Both the position numbers and the translations under genes were made by a program. A stretch of 56,456 bases of DNA. Origin: a virus. Its lineage: Duplodnaviria; Caudoviricetes. A model generated the notes under the pieces. It ran no database searches and was not told the DNA's origin. It saw nothing but the letters and a program-made list of their open reading frames with translations. Within the stretch, counting starts at the first letter, position 1. Each line of letters opens with the position of its first letter. The stretch spans positions 1-56,456 of the IMG/VR virus record IMGVR_UViG_3300042995_000016. One strand, given 5' to 3'. Of this stretch, positions 1 to 10,000 are shown one piece after another.

Positions 1-255
1 ATGACGCACCCGCAGTACCGGCCACCCTCCGACTCGGACGACGACCCCATCTCCCGCCTCGCGGCGGATCCCGAGGCGTCGATGTCCACGGTGATGGCCA
101 CGATCAACGGCCTCGGCCTTCCCAGGGCGATCGACGGGCTGTTCGACCTGGCGGCCGCCGCGTCGGCTCACGGCGACCCGGACACGGTGCTGGCCTGCGC
201 CCGGCTGGTCGAGCGGATCCAGGACCACACGACGCCGAGGCGGCCCGGGTGCTGA
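1..255 (+). CDS. hypothetical protein
   Basis: 84-aa ORF with normal composition and GC3-biased codons. Confidence 0.5.
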   Translation: MTHPQYRPPSDSDDDPISRLAADPEASMSTVMATINGLGLPRAIDGLFDLAAAASAHGDPDTVLACARLVERIQDHTTPRRPGC

Positions 256-276
256 GCCCGTCCGCCCGAACCTGAC

Positions 277-305
277 TTGACACGTCATTCGTAATCATAT
301 ACAAA
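277..305 (+). promoter_or_regulatory. sigma70-type promoter for the 328-1474 operon
   Basis: TTGACA (277-282), 17 bp, TACAAA (300-305) in an AT-rich patch; TGAC-N7-GTCA palindrome (273-287) over the -35. Confidence 0.7.
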
Positions 306-327
306 ACACCCATCGGGCAGTCGCTCG

Positions 328-771
328 ATGCCGCGCCTCGGGCTCACAGCGGGCAGGATCAGGGACATGAGCGCACGTCGCTTCGGACGCATCGCCTTCG
401 GCAAGATCTTCGTCGCGGACCCGGAGGTCGGCAGGCTGGCCTCGTGGAGCTACGCCCGGTCGATCGTCGACCGCGGCAGGGCGATGGTCGAGTCCTCGCA
501 TGTCGCCATCGCGACGCGACCCGGCCACCCCGGGCTGTGGGTGTGCAAGCCGTACTTCGCCTATGCCGGGAAGCGGCGCTTCCGTCGCCTGCCCGTCCGG
601 CTCGCCTTCGTCGTCCGCATCTTGGCGGCGACGGGTCTCGCCCGGAACGCCGTCGACCGCGCCTCGCGCGGGATCGCCTGGGCATGGCGCCTGCATGGTC
701 CCTCGGCGCAGATCCGCTGGCTTCGTCAGCGCCGCGCCGAGGCGCGCTTCCGCAGGGAGTGGGGCCTTTGA
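328..771 (+). CDS. hypothetical basic protein
   Basis: ORF downstream of the promoter (start may be ATG 368); its stop overlaps the next start (TTGA). Confidence 0.55.
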   Translation: MPRLGLTAGRIRDMSARRFGRIAFGKIFVADPEVGRLASWSYARSIVDRGRAMVESSHVAIATRPGHPGLWVCKPYFAYAGKRRFRRLPVRLAFVVRILAATGLARNAVDRASRGIAWAWRLHGPSAQIRWLRQRRAEARFRREWGL

Positions 772-1247
772 GAGCGTCGACCTACATCACCCACGTCACG
801 CTCGGCACCGGCCACAGCCGCCGCAGCCTACGCGACGAGGTCCGGGGCGACGTCATGGACGTCGTCGCCCCCTGGCTCAGCGATGCGTTGGTCGGGGAGG
901 CCGCGGTGCCGCTGCCGGTCGAGGTACTGAGCGAGTTCACGGCGCAGCCACTCACCACGTCGGGCGGCTTGGTGGTGACGGTATCCGGCCCCGACATCCT
1001 CTCCCTCGTCCCGGACCCGGGCGGCATCCCCCTGGTGACCTTCGGGGTGGCGCGACGGTCCCGGGGGGCCGGGCAGCTCTGGGACCAGCTCGCCAAGGCG
1101 TCGGGAGCGACGACGGCCCCGCCGCCCGTCCCCTGGTGCGCGGTCATCATCTACCCGACGCTGAAGGCGTTCCCGGACGCGGCCAACTGGCTCGGCGACT
1201 TCGAGCGCTGCGTCGCCTGGGCGTGGATCGAGCGGGCTGCGGACTGA
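768..1247 (+). CDS. hypothetical protein (Trp-rich, ends WLGDFERCVAWAWIE)
   Basis: C-terminal part of track ORF 444-1247; TTG start overlaps the upstream stop; globular composition. Confidence 0.7.
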   Translation: MRASTYITHVTLGTGHSRRSLRDEVRGDVMDVVAPWLSDALVGEAAVPLPVEVLSEFTAQPLTTSGGLVVTVSGPDILSLVPDPGGIPLVTFGVARRSRGAGQLWDQLAKASGATTAPPPVPWCAVIIYPTLKAFPDAANWLGDFERCVAWAWIERAAD

Positions 1248-1474
1248 TGGCGAGGCCTCGGACACACCCGGACGGCACGACGGCCAGCGACCGCGCCCGC
1301 GCCGCCCTGGCCCGACTGGAGCAGAGCGGCGGGGCGCGCAAGACGTTCGCGCTGAGCGCCGGCGCCATAGAGGCGCTGGGCGCCATCCGGCGCAGCGTGG
1401 GCGACAGGTCGGAGACGGCCGTGATCGAGCGCCTGCTGGCCGCCGAATGGGCCCGGATCACGGCTGGCGGTTGA
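1247..1474 (+). CDS. small DNA-binding protein, ribbon-helix-helix-like
   Basis: TGATG coupling; MARPRTH...RKTFALSAGAIEALGAIRR...SETAVIERLL strand-helix-helix pattern. Confidence 0.6.
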   Translation: MARPRTHPDGTTASDRARAALARLEQSGGARKTFALSAGAIEALGAIRRSVGDRSETAVIERLLAAEWARITAGG

Positions 1475-1539
1475 CGGCAGGTCAGCGTGGGCGGCTCCTG
1501 CATCCCCTGCAGGATGGCGCTCCACCTGCAGGCGCCCCC

Positions 1540-2133
1540 CTACCGCGTCTCCGCGTGCCCCCCAAGCCGGGCCTCGATCGTGCGGCTCTTGGCGGCCGAG
1601 CCGGCCGAGCTGCCGAGCCAATAGTTGCAGACCTGACCAAAGCCGAGGACGAGCGCGCCGAACAGCATGTTCAGGAGATTGAACGTGCGCTCCGGCATCT
1701 CCGCCTGCGGCGTCGCGAAGAGCAGCGCCATGACGACGAAGAAGCCGAGCACCACGACGAGGGAGATCACCGGCGCTCCCCAGGCCACGGCGCTGCCGGC
1801 GCGCGCAAGGTCCACCGTCTGACCGCGCGCCCCGGCGCGATCGGCCGCGTCGATCCTCAGTCTCTCGGTCAGCGCCTCGACCTCGGCGCGATCGAGGTCG
1901 ACCAGCGCCAGGCGCACGGCCTCGGACGCCTGCGGGTCGCTCATGACGGCGTCGTGCGCCTCCTGGGGCGTGGCCTTGCCCGTCGCGGCCATCGCCGCGT
2001 CGACGACGGTCGCCGCGAGCGCGCCGGCCTTGGCGCTCCCGGTGACGCTCTCGGTCAGCGAGGGGATCAGGGCGGGCGCGACCTCGCGGGCGATGCCGAG
2101 CGCGAGGGGGACCAGCAGGGCGGCGGGGAGCAT
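1540..2133 (-). CDS. holin-like membrane protein (3TM/GTA-holin type)
   Basis: DRAGAR motif, two C-terminal TM segments, YWLGSSAGS..KS; directly follows the endolysin. Confidence 0.75.
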   Translation of the reverse strand: MLPAALLVPLALGIAREVAPALIPSLTESVTGSAKAGALAATVVDAAMAATGKATPQEAHDAVMSDPQASEAVRLALVDLDRAEVEALTERLRIDAADRAGARGQTVDLARAGSAVAWGAPVISLVVVLGFFVVMALLFATPQAEMPERTFNLLNMLFGALVLGFGQVCNYWLGSSAGSAAKSRTIEARLGGHAETR

Positions 2134-2160
2134 GGCGTTGTCCTTTCGGTGGATCAGGCT

Positions 2161-2988
2161 TCAGGCGGCGGGGGCGAGCGCGCGATCGAGCGCTGCGAGC
2201 GTGACGGCGTCGGCACGGCCGGTGGGCGCGAGGCCGGCCGATGTCTGGAAGCGGCGCACGGCGGATGCGGTCGCGGGCCCGAACACCCCATCCGCCCCGG
2301 CCGGGCCGAGGTAGAGCCCCGCGAGCGTGAGCTGGACCTGCAGACGGCGAACCTCGTCGCCCCGGGCGCCGCGCTCGAGGACGGGCGCCGGCCCGCGCGG
2401 GGCCGGCGGCGCGTCGAGGTCCCGGAGCGGGACGAGCGGGGCCGTCTGGCTGTCGGGCGTGAGGAACAGCGCCCGCTCCTCCCGCCTGCGATTGACCAGG
2501 CCGGGGAGCACCTTGCCCCCCGCCATGCGCCATAGCGGGAACTGATCGGCCGCGCCCTGGACGTCGCCGGCCAGGAGCTTGCGCCTGAGCGTCGAGTCGG
2601 CGAAGTCGGGCTCGCCCCCTTCGGCGCCGAGCCCGATGTTGTAGGTGAGCGAGACGAGCGCCGAGTATTGGTTGTCGCTCATGGGCACGGGGCAGAGCCG
2701 CGCCACGCCCGCCTCGAAGCGCGCGAGGTCCGCGTCCAGCAGCGCCTCGGCCTCGGCCCGCGTCAGGCCCGAGGGCCAGCGGCGGCGCCACTCGGCGTGA
2801 GCGAGGTGGCGGTCGCCCTCGCCCCTGAGCTGGCGCCCGCCCACCGTGAGCGCGTGGCCCCAGCCCACGGTCCAGACGCGGGCGGGGCACAGCAGAGGTT
2901 CGAGGGCGGGCGTGGTCGGGTCGCCGTCGTGCAGGCCTTCCCAGCGCCTCACGATGGTGACGCCCGCAACGTTGATGCGTCGGGTCAT
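2161..2988 (-). CDS. endolysin: GH24 lysozyme plus C-terminal peptidoglycan-binding domain
   Basis: WEG...WTVGWGH, ALVSLTYNIG, GLVNRRREERALF; DGVFGPATASAVRRFQ PG-binding motif. Confidence 0.93.
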   Translation of the reverse strand: MTRRINVAGVTIVRRWEGLHDGDPTTPALEPLLCPARVWTVGWGHALTVGGRQLRGEGDRHLAHAEWRRRWPSGLTRAEAEALLDADLARFEAGVARLCPVPMSDNQYSALVSLTYNIGLGAEGGEPDFADSTLRRKLLAGDVQGAADQFPLWRMAGGKVLPGLVNRRREERALFLTPDSQTAPLVPLRDLDAPPAPRGPAPVLERGARGDEVRRLQVQLTLAGLYLGPAGADGVFGPATASAVRRFQTSAGLAPTGRADAVTLAALDRALAPAA

Positions 2989-3006
2989 CGGGGATCTCCG
3001 GGCATG

Positions 3007-3029
3007 AAAAAGGCCGCTCGAGGCGGCCC
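3007..3029 (-). terminator. rho-independent terminator between tail and lysis genes
   Basis: GGCCGC-TCGAG-GCGGCC hairpin followed by a T-run on the minus strand. Confidence 0.6.
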
Positions 3030-3054
3030 GGGGGAGACGAGATGCGGGAAGGGG

Positions 3055-3525
3055 TCAGAGGGTCGCGGCGAACCGGAAGAAGTCGTCCACCTCGGCCGAG
3101 CCCATGCCCTGCGCGGCACCGATCGTCTCGGTCAGGGGGTGGCCCCGCTCGAAGGAGGTGGCGCCGGACAGGAGCATCTCGGCCGCGAAGCGCTCGTCCG
3201 GGTCCTCGATCAGCCCGAGCATCGCGAGCAGTGCCGGCGGGAGGTCCCCGGCCTTGACCGCGGCCAGGGCCTCGGCCTTGGAGATGCGAGGCTCGCCCCC
3301 AGGGCCCGGCACGACCGCGAGCGCCTGGAAGAACTGGCGGTCCGAGACGGCGCCGGGCACGGGCGCGACGGGCGCGGCCTTGACCACCTCGCCGTCGACG
3401 TACCTGTCCTCGGCCGCGGTGCCGTCGGGCGCCTCGACCCAGCGCAGGGGCGCGGCCACCTCGAAGGGCTCGTCCGCCACCTGGGCGATGCGCTCGCCCT
3501 CGATCAGTGCGTATCTCATCGTCAT
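3055..3525 (-). CDS. tail fibre assembly/accessory protein
   Basis: Follows the fibre gene; VSDRQFFQAL...FERGHPL...EVDDFFRFAATL pattern. Confidence 0.65.
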   Translation of the reverse strand: MTMRYALIEGERIAQVADEPFEVAAPLRWVEAPDGTAAEDRYVDGEVVKAAPVAPVPGAVSDRQFFQALAVVPGPGGEPRISKAEALAAVKAGDLPPALLAMLGLIEDPDERFAAEMLLSGATSFERGHPLTETIGAAQGMGSAEVDDFFRFAATL

Positions 3526-3535
3526 TCCTCTCCGA

Positions 3536-4462
3536 TCACCAGCGCACGACGACGACGCCCGCGGCGCCCGCGCCCGTGTTGGTCCCGTCCAGCGAGCCCG
3601 ACCCGCCGCCGCCGTAGCCGGCGCCGCCGCCGCCGTAGCTCGATCCGCCGCCGAGCAGGCTCGACCCGCCCGAGGCGCGCCAGCCGGTCGTCGTGCCGCC
3701 GGCGACGCCGGGGCCGCCGCGCGCGCCGAAGTCGCCGCCCGAGCCCGCGCCGCCCGCGCCGCCCGCGCCGCCGAAGCTGCCGCGCGTGCCGCCCGCGCCG
3801 CCCGTGGCCGAGCAATGCGCGCCGAAGCTGCTCGTGCCGCCCGTGCCGCCCTCGGCGTCCGCGAGGCCCACGGAGCCGCCGGCCCCGACCGTCACGGCCA
3901 CCGTCGCCCCCGGCGTGAGGCCGGTCACCACCTTGCGGGCGTAGCCGCCGCCGCCGCCGCCGCCGCCGCAGTTGGTGGCGGCCGAGCCGCCGCCGCCGCC
4001 GCCGCCGCCGACCAGCTCGACCAGGACCTCGGTCACGCCGGCCGGCACGGTGAAGGTCCCGGACGACGCGAAGACCTGGCCGTTGCGCGGGAAGAGGCCC
4101 GTGGCGTCGGCGCCGACGACTCCGGCGCCGGCGAGGCTGACCCGGAGATTGGCATCCAGGAACAGCCGCCGCTCGATGGGAATCTCGCAGTAGACCCGGA
4201 CCGTGCCGGTGAAGTTGACCAGCGCCGTCGTGCCGAGGTGGTTGCCCAGGACGGCGGTTCGGGCGAGCGTGTTCGGCGAGCCCAGGGCCAGCGTCCCCAG
4301 GCCCTTCTCGAACTGGACCCCGTCATCGATGTAGTAGTAGACGAGCCCGGCCCCGAGGGCGGCGGCGAAGGAGCGCCGGCCGGTGGCCGCGCCCCCCAGG
4401 CTGACCGTCCCCGTCCCGGGGTTGCTGGCGGTCTCCAGCACGTAGTCCTGCGCGCGGCTCAT
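3536..4462 (-). CDS. glycine-rich tail fibre protein
   Basis: Virion-attachment-like N-terminus, GTFTVPAGVT..VELVGGGGGGG Gly-rich domain, ends GVVVVRW. Confidence 0.8.
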   Translation of the reverse strand: MSRAQDYVLETASNPGTGTVSLGGAATGRRSFAAALGAGLVYYYIDDGVQFEKGLGTLALGSPNTLARTAVLGNHLGTTALVNFTGTVRVYCEIPIERRLFLDANLRVSLAGAGVVGADATGLFPRNGQVFASSGTFTVPAGVTEVLVELVGGGGGGGGSAATNCGGGGGGGGYARKVVTGLTPGATVAVTVGAGGSVGLADAEGGTGGTSSFGAHCSATGGAGGTRGSFGGAGGAGGAGSGGDFGARGGPGVAGGTTTGWRASGGSSLLGGGSSYGGGGAGYGGGGSGSLDGTNTGAGAAGVVVVRW

Positions 4463-4465
4463 GGT

Positions 4466-5257
4466 TCAAAGCCTCTCGGTCACGGTGAAGCGGAAGGAGT
4501 TGAGCCCGTAGGCCTGGAGCCCGATGCGCGAGGCCGGGCGGAAGCGCCCCAGCACGGCCTCTCGGGCCAGGAACGGGCCGGCCGGGCGGGGGACGAACAG
4601 CAGGTTGCCGCCGAGCCGGGCGACGCGGTCGATCTCCAGCGCCTCGGGATAGCCTTCCTCGTCGTCCAGGAAGTCGAAGGCCACGTCCCAGGCACGGCGG
4701 GTCCAGTCGTTCGTGGGGAACTCTTGGCCGCCCTTGGTCACGACCTCGGTCGTGCCCTCGTCGCGCCCGATCCCCGCGCCGTAGGAGAAGTTCCGCGTCG
4801 GCTGCCAGACGGGCCCGGCCCAGGCGTTTCCGACCCGGAGGGAGCCGTCGGGGTTGACCGCGTCGTCCAGGTCGATCCGCAGGTACCGTCCCGTGATCTC
4901 CGATGGCAGGACGAGCACCGCCTGGCCGTAGCCCGGCACCACACCGGCCGAGACGGTGCCGCTGTCGTAGGCCGGGATCGCCATGGTCGACGCCGCCGCG
5001 ATCCGGACCCGCCACGTCGCCGCGGAGGTGAGGTTGGTGCGGCTCAGCAGGACGGCGCGCCAGGTCTGCGACGGCGAGCCGGCGTCGATCAGCACCCACG
5101 CCCCCGCGGCCGAGGTCACGACCCCGCCCCCGGTCTGCCAGGCGTCGGCGCCGTGGTCGCTCTGCAGGTTCGTCCCGGGCTGGGCGCTCGTCTCCGAGCC
5201 CACGGAGAGGGAGCCGGAGCGGATCGCGTCCCGGTAGCCGATCATCGCGTTCGTCAT
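4466..5257 (-). CDS. minor tail protein
   Basis: Position in the tail operon; beta-rich, GRYLRIDLDD. Confidence 0.7.
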   Translation of the reverse strand: MTNAMIGYRDAIRSGSLSVGSETSAQPGTNLQSDHGADAWQTGGGVVTSAAGAWVLIDAGSPSQTWRAVLLSRTNLTSAATWRVRIAAASTMAIPAYDSGTVSAGVVPGYGQAVLVLPSEITGRYLRIDLDDAVNPDGSLRVGNAWAGPVWQPTRNFSYGAGIGRDEGTTEVVTKGGQEFPTNDWTRRAWDVAFDFLDDEEGYPEALEIDRVARLGGNLLFVPRPAGPFLAREAVLGRFRPASRIGLQAYGLNSFRFTVTERL

Positions 5258-5260
5258 CGA

Positions 5261-7000
5261 TCACACCAAGACTGAGAGGGTCACGGTCGCGTCGCGGGTC
5301 CGCAGGCTCTCGCCCACGGCGATGCCGGCGGGGCCGTTGCGGAGCGCGTCGGCGGGGTAGGAGATCGCCAGCACGTCGCCGATCTCCCGCTCGAGCGGGC
5401 GGAGGGCGCACTCGACGTCGAAGAGCCTCCGAGGCACGCCCCACAGCGCCCCCAGCGCGTCGGCCACGGCCTGGGCGTCGGCCGCCGAGAGGAGGCACGT
5501 AGCGAGCGGCGGCGGGTCGTTGGGCCGCCGGTAGCTGGTCAGGATCCCGGAGGAGTCCAGCCAGGTCGAGTAGCGGTACTCGCTCGCCAGGAACTGCCGG
5601 CGCGCGTCGCTCACGCCGGGAGCGAGGTCGCTGATCTGCGGCGTGTGGTTGCGTTGGTAGCCGACCCGCCACCGATAGGCGGGGGTCGCCATGGCCTCGG
5701 GCAGGGCCCGCCGCGCGGCGCGGACGATCCGCCCCGTGCCGTAGGTCGCGGCCGGCCGGGCGCCCGGCCCGATCGCGCGCAGGGCGAGCGGGCGCAGGCG
5801 ACCCGACCGCGTCGGCAGGAGCCGGGCGTAGATCGAGCCGAGCACGTAGCCGACCACGTCCACCCCCTGCGCGGGCTCAGGCCCCAGGTGGATCCCGGCG
5901 ACGTAAGGGAACGCCGCGTCGAGCCCCAGGAACGCGCCCTCGTCGATCAGGTCGGCCGGGAGCGCCATGTCGTCGACCAGCAGGTACCGCGCGATCGAGG
6001 CGACCGTCGTCCGCACGCCCGCCGAGGGGAACCGGCCGGTCACGTCGGCCGTGATCTGGCCGGCCGCGGTCGTGCCGAGCCGGAACAGGCCCTGCGCGTT
6101 GCACGTCGCGTAGGAACCCGGGGCGACCGAGGCCGCGACCAGCGCCGCGTAGCTGGCATGGTCGGCGCCGACCGTGAAGCCCGCGGCCGCGCGCTCGTAG
6201 AGCGTCACCACCGTCCCGGGCGCATCCGAGTACTGGTAGACCCGGTTCGCGGGGTCGATCAGCAGGGGGGTGACGTTCCTCACCGGGTTGGCGGTCGTGC
6301 CCCCCCGGGTCTTGGGCTTCGGCCTGCCCGTCAGCTCCGCCGTGCCCTCGGCCCCACCCGCCCCGCTGTAGACCTGGGACTGGATCGGCCGCTCGATCTG
6401 GTACGAGGCGTCCCGCAGCGGGATCTCCAGCGTCGCGTCACCGAGGGACCAGGGCCGCTGGACCCCGCGGAACAGCTCCACGAGGTCGGCATAGGCCGGG
6501 TCGACGTGGACCCCCCTGTCCCGGTCGTAGCGCTTGAGGCCGAACAGGACGCGGACCGCCCTCCCGTCGTTGACGTGGCCGGCCACGGGCCCGTCCCAGC
6601 GGCCGTCCGGGTTGGCGATCCGCATCGCGCCCCAGGAGTAGCCCGCCCCCGCCTGCGTCGGGTCGAGGGCGAACCCGCGGTCCAGCTCGAACGCCGTCTC
6701 CAGCAGCGGCGGATAGGCCTGCTGCCCGATCCGGTCCGAGGCGCGGGAGACGTAGCCGCGGTCCGAGGCCCGGAACACGGCATTGTCCTCGACCGGCTGG
6801 GCGAGCAGCGACAGCGTGCCCGCCGGCCGGGTGCCGAGGCCGGGGGTGAAGGTGAGCGCCCCCGAGCCCGGCCGGTAGGCCTCGACCTCGACCGCGTAGA
6901 ACGGGAGGTCGGCCGAGTCCGTCCCGATCCGCTGGAGCGGGGTCGGGCCGGTCGGGAGCGCGTCGGGGACGCCCGCGGGCGCGGTGCCGGCCGCGCGCAT
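5261..7000 (-). CDS. tail hub/baseplate-like protein
   Basis: 579 aa, coupled to the tape measure stop; GRPKPK..G...NVTP motif. Confidence 0.7.
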   Translation of the reverse strand: MRAAGTAPAGVPDALPTGPTPLQRIGTDSADLPFYAVEVEAYRPGSGALTFTPGLGTRPAGTLSLLAQPVEDNAVFRASDRGYVSRASDRIGQQAYPPLLETAFELDRGFALDPTQAGAGYSWGAMRIANPDGRWDGPVAGHVNDGRAVRVLFGLKRYDRDRGVHVDPAYADLVELFRGVQRPWSLGDATLEIPLRDASYQIERPIQSQVYSGAGGAEGTAELTGRPKPKTRGGTTANPVRNVTPLLIDPANRVYQYSDAPGTVVTLYERAAAGFTVGADHASYAALVAASVAPGSYATCNAQGLFRLGTTAAGQITADVTGRFPSAGVRTTVASIARYLLVDDMALPADLIDEGAFLGLDAAFPYVAGIHLGPEPAQGVDVVGYVLGSIYARLLPTRSGRLRPLALRAIGPGARPAATYGTGRIVRAARRALPEAMATPAYRWRVGYQRNHTPQISDLAPGVSDARRQFLASEYRYSTWLDSSGILTSYRRPNDPPPLATCLLSAADAQAVADALGALWGVPRRLFDVECALRPLEREIGDVLAISYPADALRNGPAGIAVGESLRTRDATVTLSVLV

Positions 7001-10000
7001 CAGGCGGCCCTCGGCGGGGCGTTCCGCATCTGCTGGAACTCCCGCCGCAGCGCCACCAGCTCGTCACGCAGCATCGCGAAGCCGTCCACGTTGACCGCCG
7101 TCTGAGTCTTGATGGCGCTCTCCACCAGCCGGCCCGGGTCGAACTGCCCGACCCGGTCGAGGACGTCGGCCACCCGGTTGAACGCCTCCGCGAAGCCCCG
7201 CCCGCTCCCGTACTGCGCCCGGGCCCCGCGCAGGTAGAGCTCGGAGTAGGCCTGGAGCTGGGCGAGGCTGTTGAAGTCGCCCGCCAGCGCCGCCCCCGAC
7301 ACCGCGTTGAACCGGCTCTCCGCCAGGCCGAACGCCGTCTCGGGGGCGAGCGCCGACAGATCCGAGAACGGCAGCGCCGCCGCGAACTGCCTCAAGCCCC
7401 CGACCACGCCGAGCGCCGCCTGCTGGCCGAGGGCGTCCTTCTGCGCCTGCTCGGCGTTCCGGACGGCCGCGATCTCCTTGTCGCGCGCCGCCACCAGCTT
7501 CTCGGTCGCCAGCCCCAGCTCCTGCGCCTTCTTGACCTGCGCGTCCCAGGTCTTCGTGATGTCGCGGACCGCCTTCTCCGCATCCGTCATGCCGGAGGTG
7601 AACTCCTCCCACCACTGCGCGAACTCAAGGTCGGAGGAGAGCGAGGCCACGTCCTTGGCCTTGGACGAGGCCAGCACGCGGCCGACCGTACCCGTGCCCG
7701 AGATGGCGCCCGAGGCCAGGATCGATCCCAGCAGCGCCGCCGGGTCGTCCGTGCCCCGGCTCCCCCAGGGGTTGCCGTTGCCCGAGTAGAGCCCGCCGAA
7801 GGGCATGCGCGAGGCATTGATCGACAGCCCGTAGGCGTCGACGAGCGCGTTGAGCTGCGCCGCCATCGCCTGCGTCTGCTCGACCAAGGGCCCCGCGTTG
7901 CCATCGTTGTCGGTGGATACGCCGAGCCCGCCGGCGAAGCGGCCGCCCTCGATCCCCACCGCGGAGGTGGCGATCGGGCCGACCGACGCCTTCTGCGTGC
8001 CGAACATCCCGCCGGCGCCGCCCGCGAGGCCGCCGATCACCGCGCCCACCGGGCCGCCGACGAGGAAGCCCACGCCCGCCCCGACCGCGGCGCCCGACAC
8101 GCCGCCGACCGCCTTGCTGTTGGTGCGGGTCCCCAGGTAGCCGCCGACCAGCGAGCCGGCCGCGAACCCGCCTGCCGCCGGCCCCAGGTACGCGGTGAAG
8201 GGCGTGCCGGCGTAGCCCACCGACTGGCCCGCCACCGCCGCGTTGCCCACGCCGCCCGGCACCGAGGCCACCCCGAGGGAGGAGGCGAGCCCGCCCGAGG
8301 CGGAGGTCATCTGCGTGATCGGGGCCGCGAACGTGCCCGGGAAGGCCGAGGCCGCCCAGCCGTTCACGGTGGTGCCGACCCCGCCGAAGAGCCGCCCGAA
8401 GTCCATCGGGGAGCCGATGCCGCCCCCACCCATCCCGAAGAGGCCCCCGCCCGAGGAGGCCGCAGCCGAGCCGCCGCCGGGCGCGCCAAAGCTCCACAGC
8501 GTCGGCAGGTTCGAGCCGAGCGCCGCGTTCTTCAGCGGGTTCAGCAGCGTCCAACGCGCGGCCGTGGTCAGCAACTCGGCCCCGAAGCCGCGCAGGACCG
8601 CCGTGAGGTCCAGGATGCCGTTCTTGCCCTGGACGGCGCCCTCTATCAGGGCATCGAACGCCCGGTCGCCGAGCTGCGCCGCCTCCTGGAGCGCGCTGTT
8701 GTAGCGCTCGACCGCGCGCTCGTTGTCGACCATCTCCTCGGCCGCGCGGGCGATGTTCTTGCGCTCGTCGTCGGACAGCGAGCCCAGCTTCTCCCGGCGC
8801 CGCTCCTCGAGCTCCATCTGCTTGAGGCGCACCGCCCGCGACCGCTCGTCCAGGCCCGAGATCGCAACCAGCTCGCCAGAGCGCTTCACCTCGTCTTCGA
8901 GGCTCCGGTTCAGCGCGTCCCGGTCCCGGATGAAGTCCTGGGCGCGCTTGGACGCGGCGGCGCGGGCCTGTTCCTCGTCCTTGGCCGCGTCCGTGGCCGC
9001 CGCGTTGATCGCGCGGTTGCGCTGCCGAAGCTCCTCGGCCTCGCGCTTCGCCGCCGCCGCCGCCCTGTCGCTGGCCTTGGCGTTCGCCTCGATCTTGTCG
9101 ATGGCCCGCTGGCGCGCGACCGCCTCCTCGATCAGGGCGCGCGTGGCCGCGTCGACCTGCTGGTACTCGGCGACGCCTGCGACCTTCATGGCCTCGGAAC
9201 GGAGCTTGGCCTCCAGCTTGGCGGCGTTGCTTCGGTCCTGCGCGTCCACCTGGAAGCCGAGGTCGGCGATCTGCTGGCGCAGGTTCTCGCGCAGCCCCTT
9301 GAGCGCATCCGTGTAGCCGCCGGCCGCCGCCCGCGCCCCGTCCGTGCTCGCCTGGACGGCACGCGCCCCGTCATTGTACTCGCCGAACTTGCCGCGAAGG
9401 ACGTCCAGCTCGAGTCGGAGCGCCCGGAACCGCTTCTCCGCCTCCTCGACCTGGGCCGCATAGCCGCTGTCGGCCAGCGAGCCGGCTTCGCCGAACACGC
9501 CCATGGGCTGGTTCATGCGCGCGGCCTGCGCCGCGACCAGGTCGGCCTCGGCCTTGTCGAGCGCCGCCTGCTTGGCGGCGATCACGTTGCTCCGTTGCGC
9601 CTCCAATGCGCGCGACTGCGCCCCCGTCGCGCGGGTGAGCTCGTCGCTCGCCTTGCCGGCGAGGTCCAGCGCCTTCGCGTAGTCGGTGTACGCGGTCTTG
9701 GAATTCTCGGCCTCGCCGCCCGCCTTGGACACCGCCAAGCCGAGGGCACCGACCACGGTGACCGCCGCGCCCAGGACGGCGCCCCAGGGGCCGAAGGCGC
9801 CGAGGAGCTGCCCGGCCTGCACCGTCAGGGCCTGCATCGCGCTCCCGCCGGACGCGATCTGCGTGGCGACGTCGCCGACCTGGAAGCCGACCTGCTGCAG
9901 CGCGCCGCGGAGGTTGTTGTTGGCCGCCTCGTGCTTGCCGGCCGCGACGACCGTCTGGCCATGCTGCTGCTGCAGGCGCTGCATCATGGCGGCGTGCTGC

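Noticed and set aside
3600-4010. GCC/GCCGCCCGC microsatellite-like repeats
   Set aside because: Explained by Gly-rich codons of the tail fibre.
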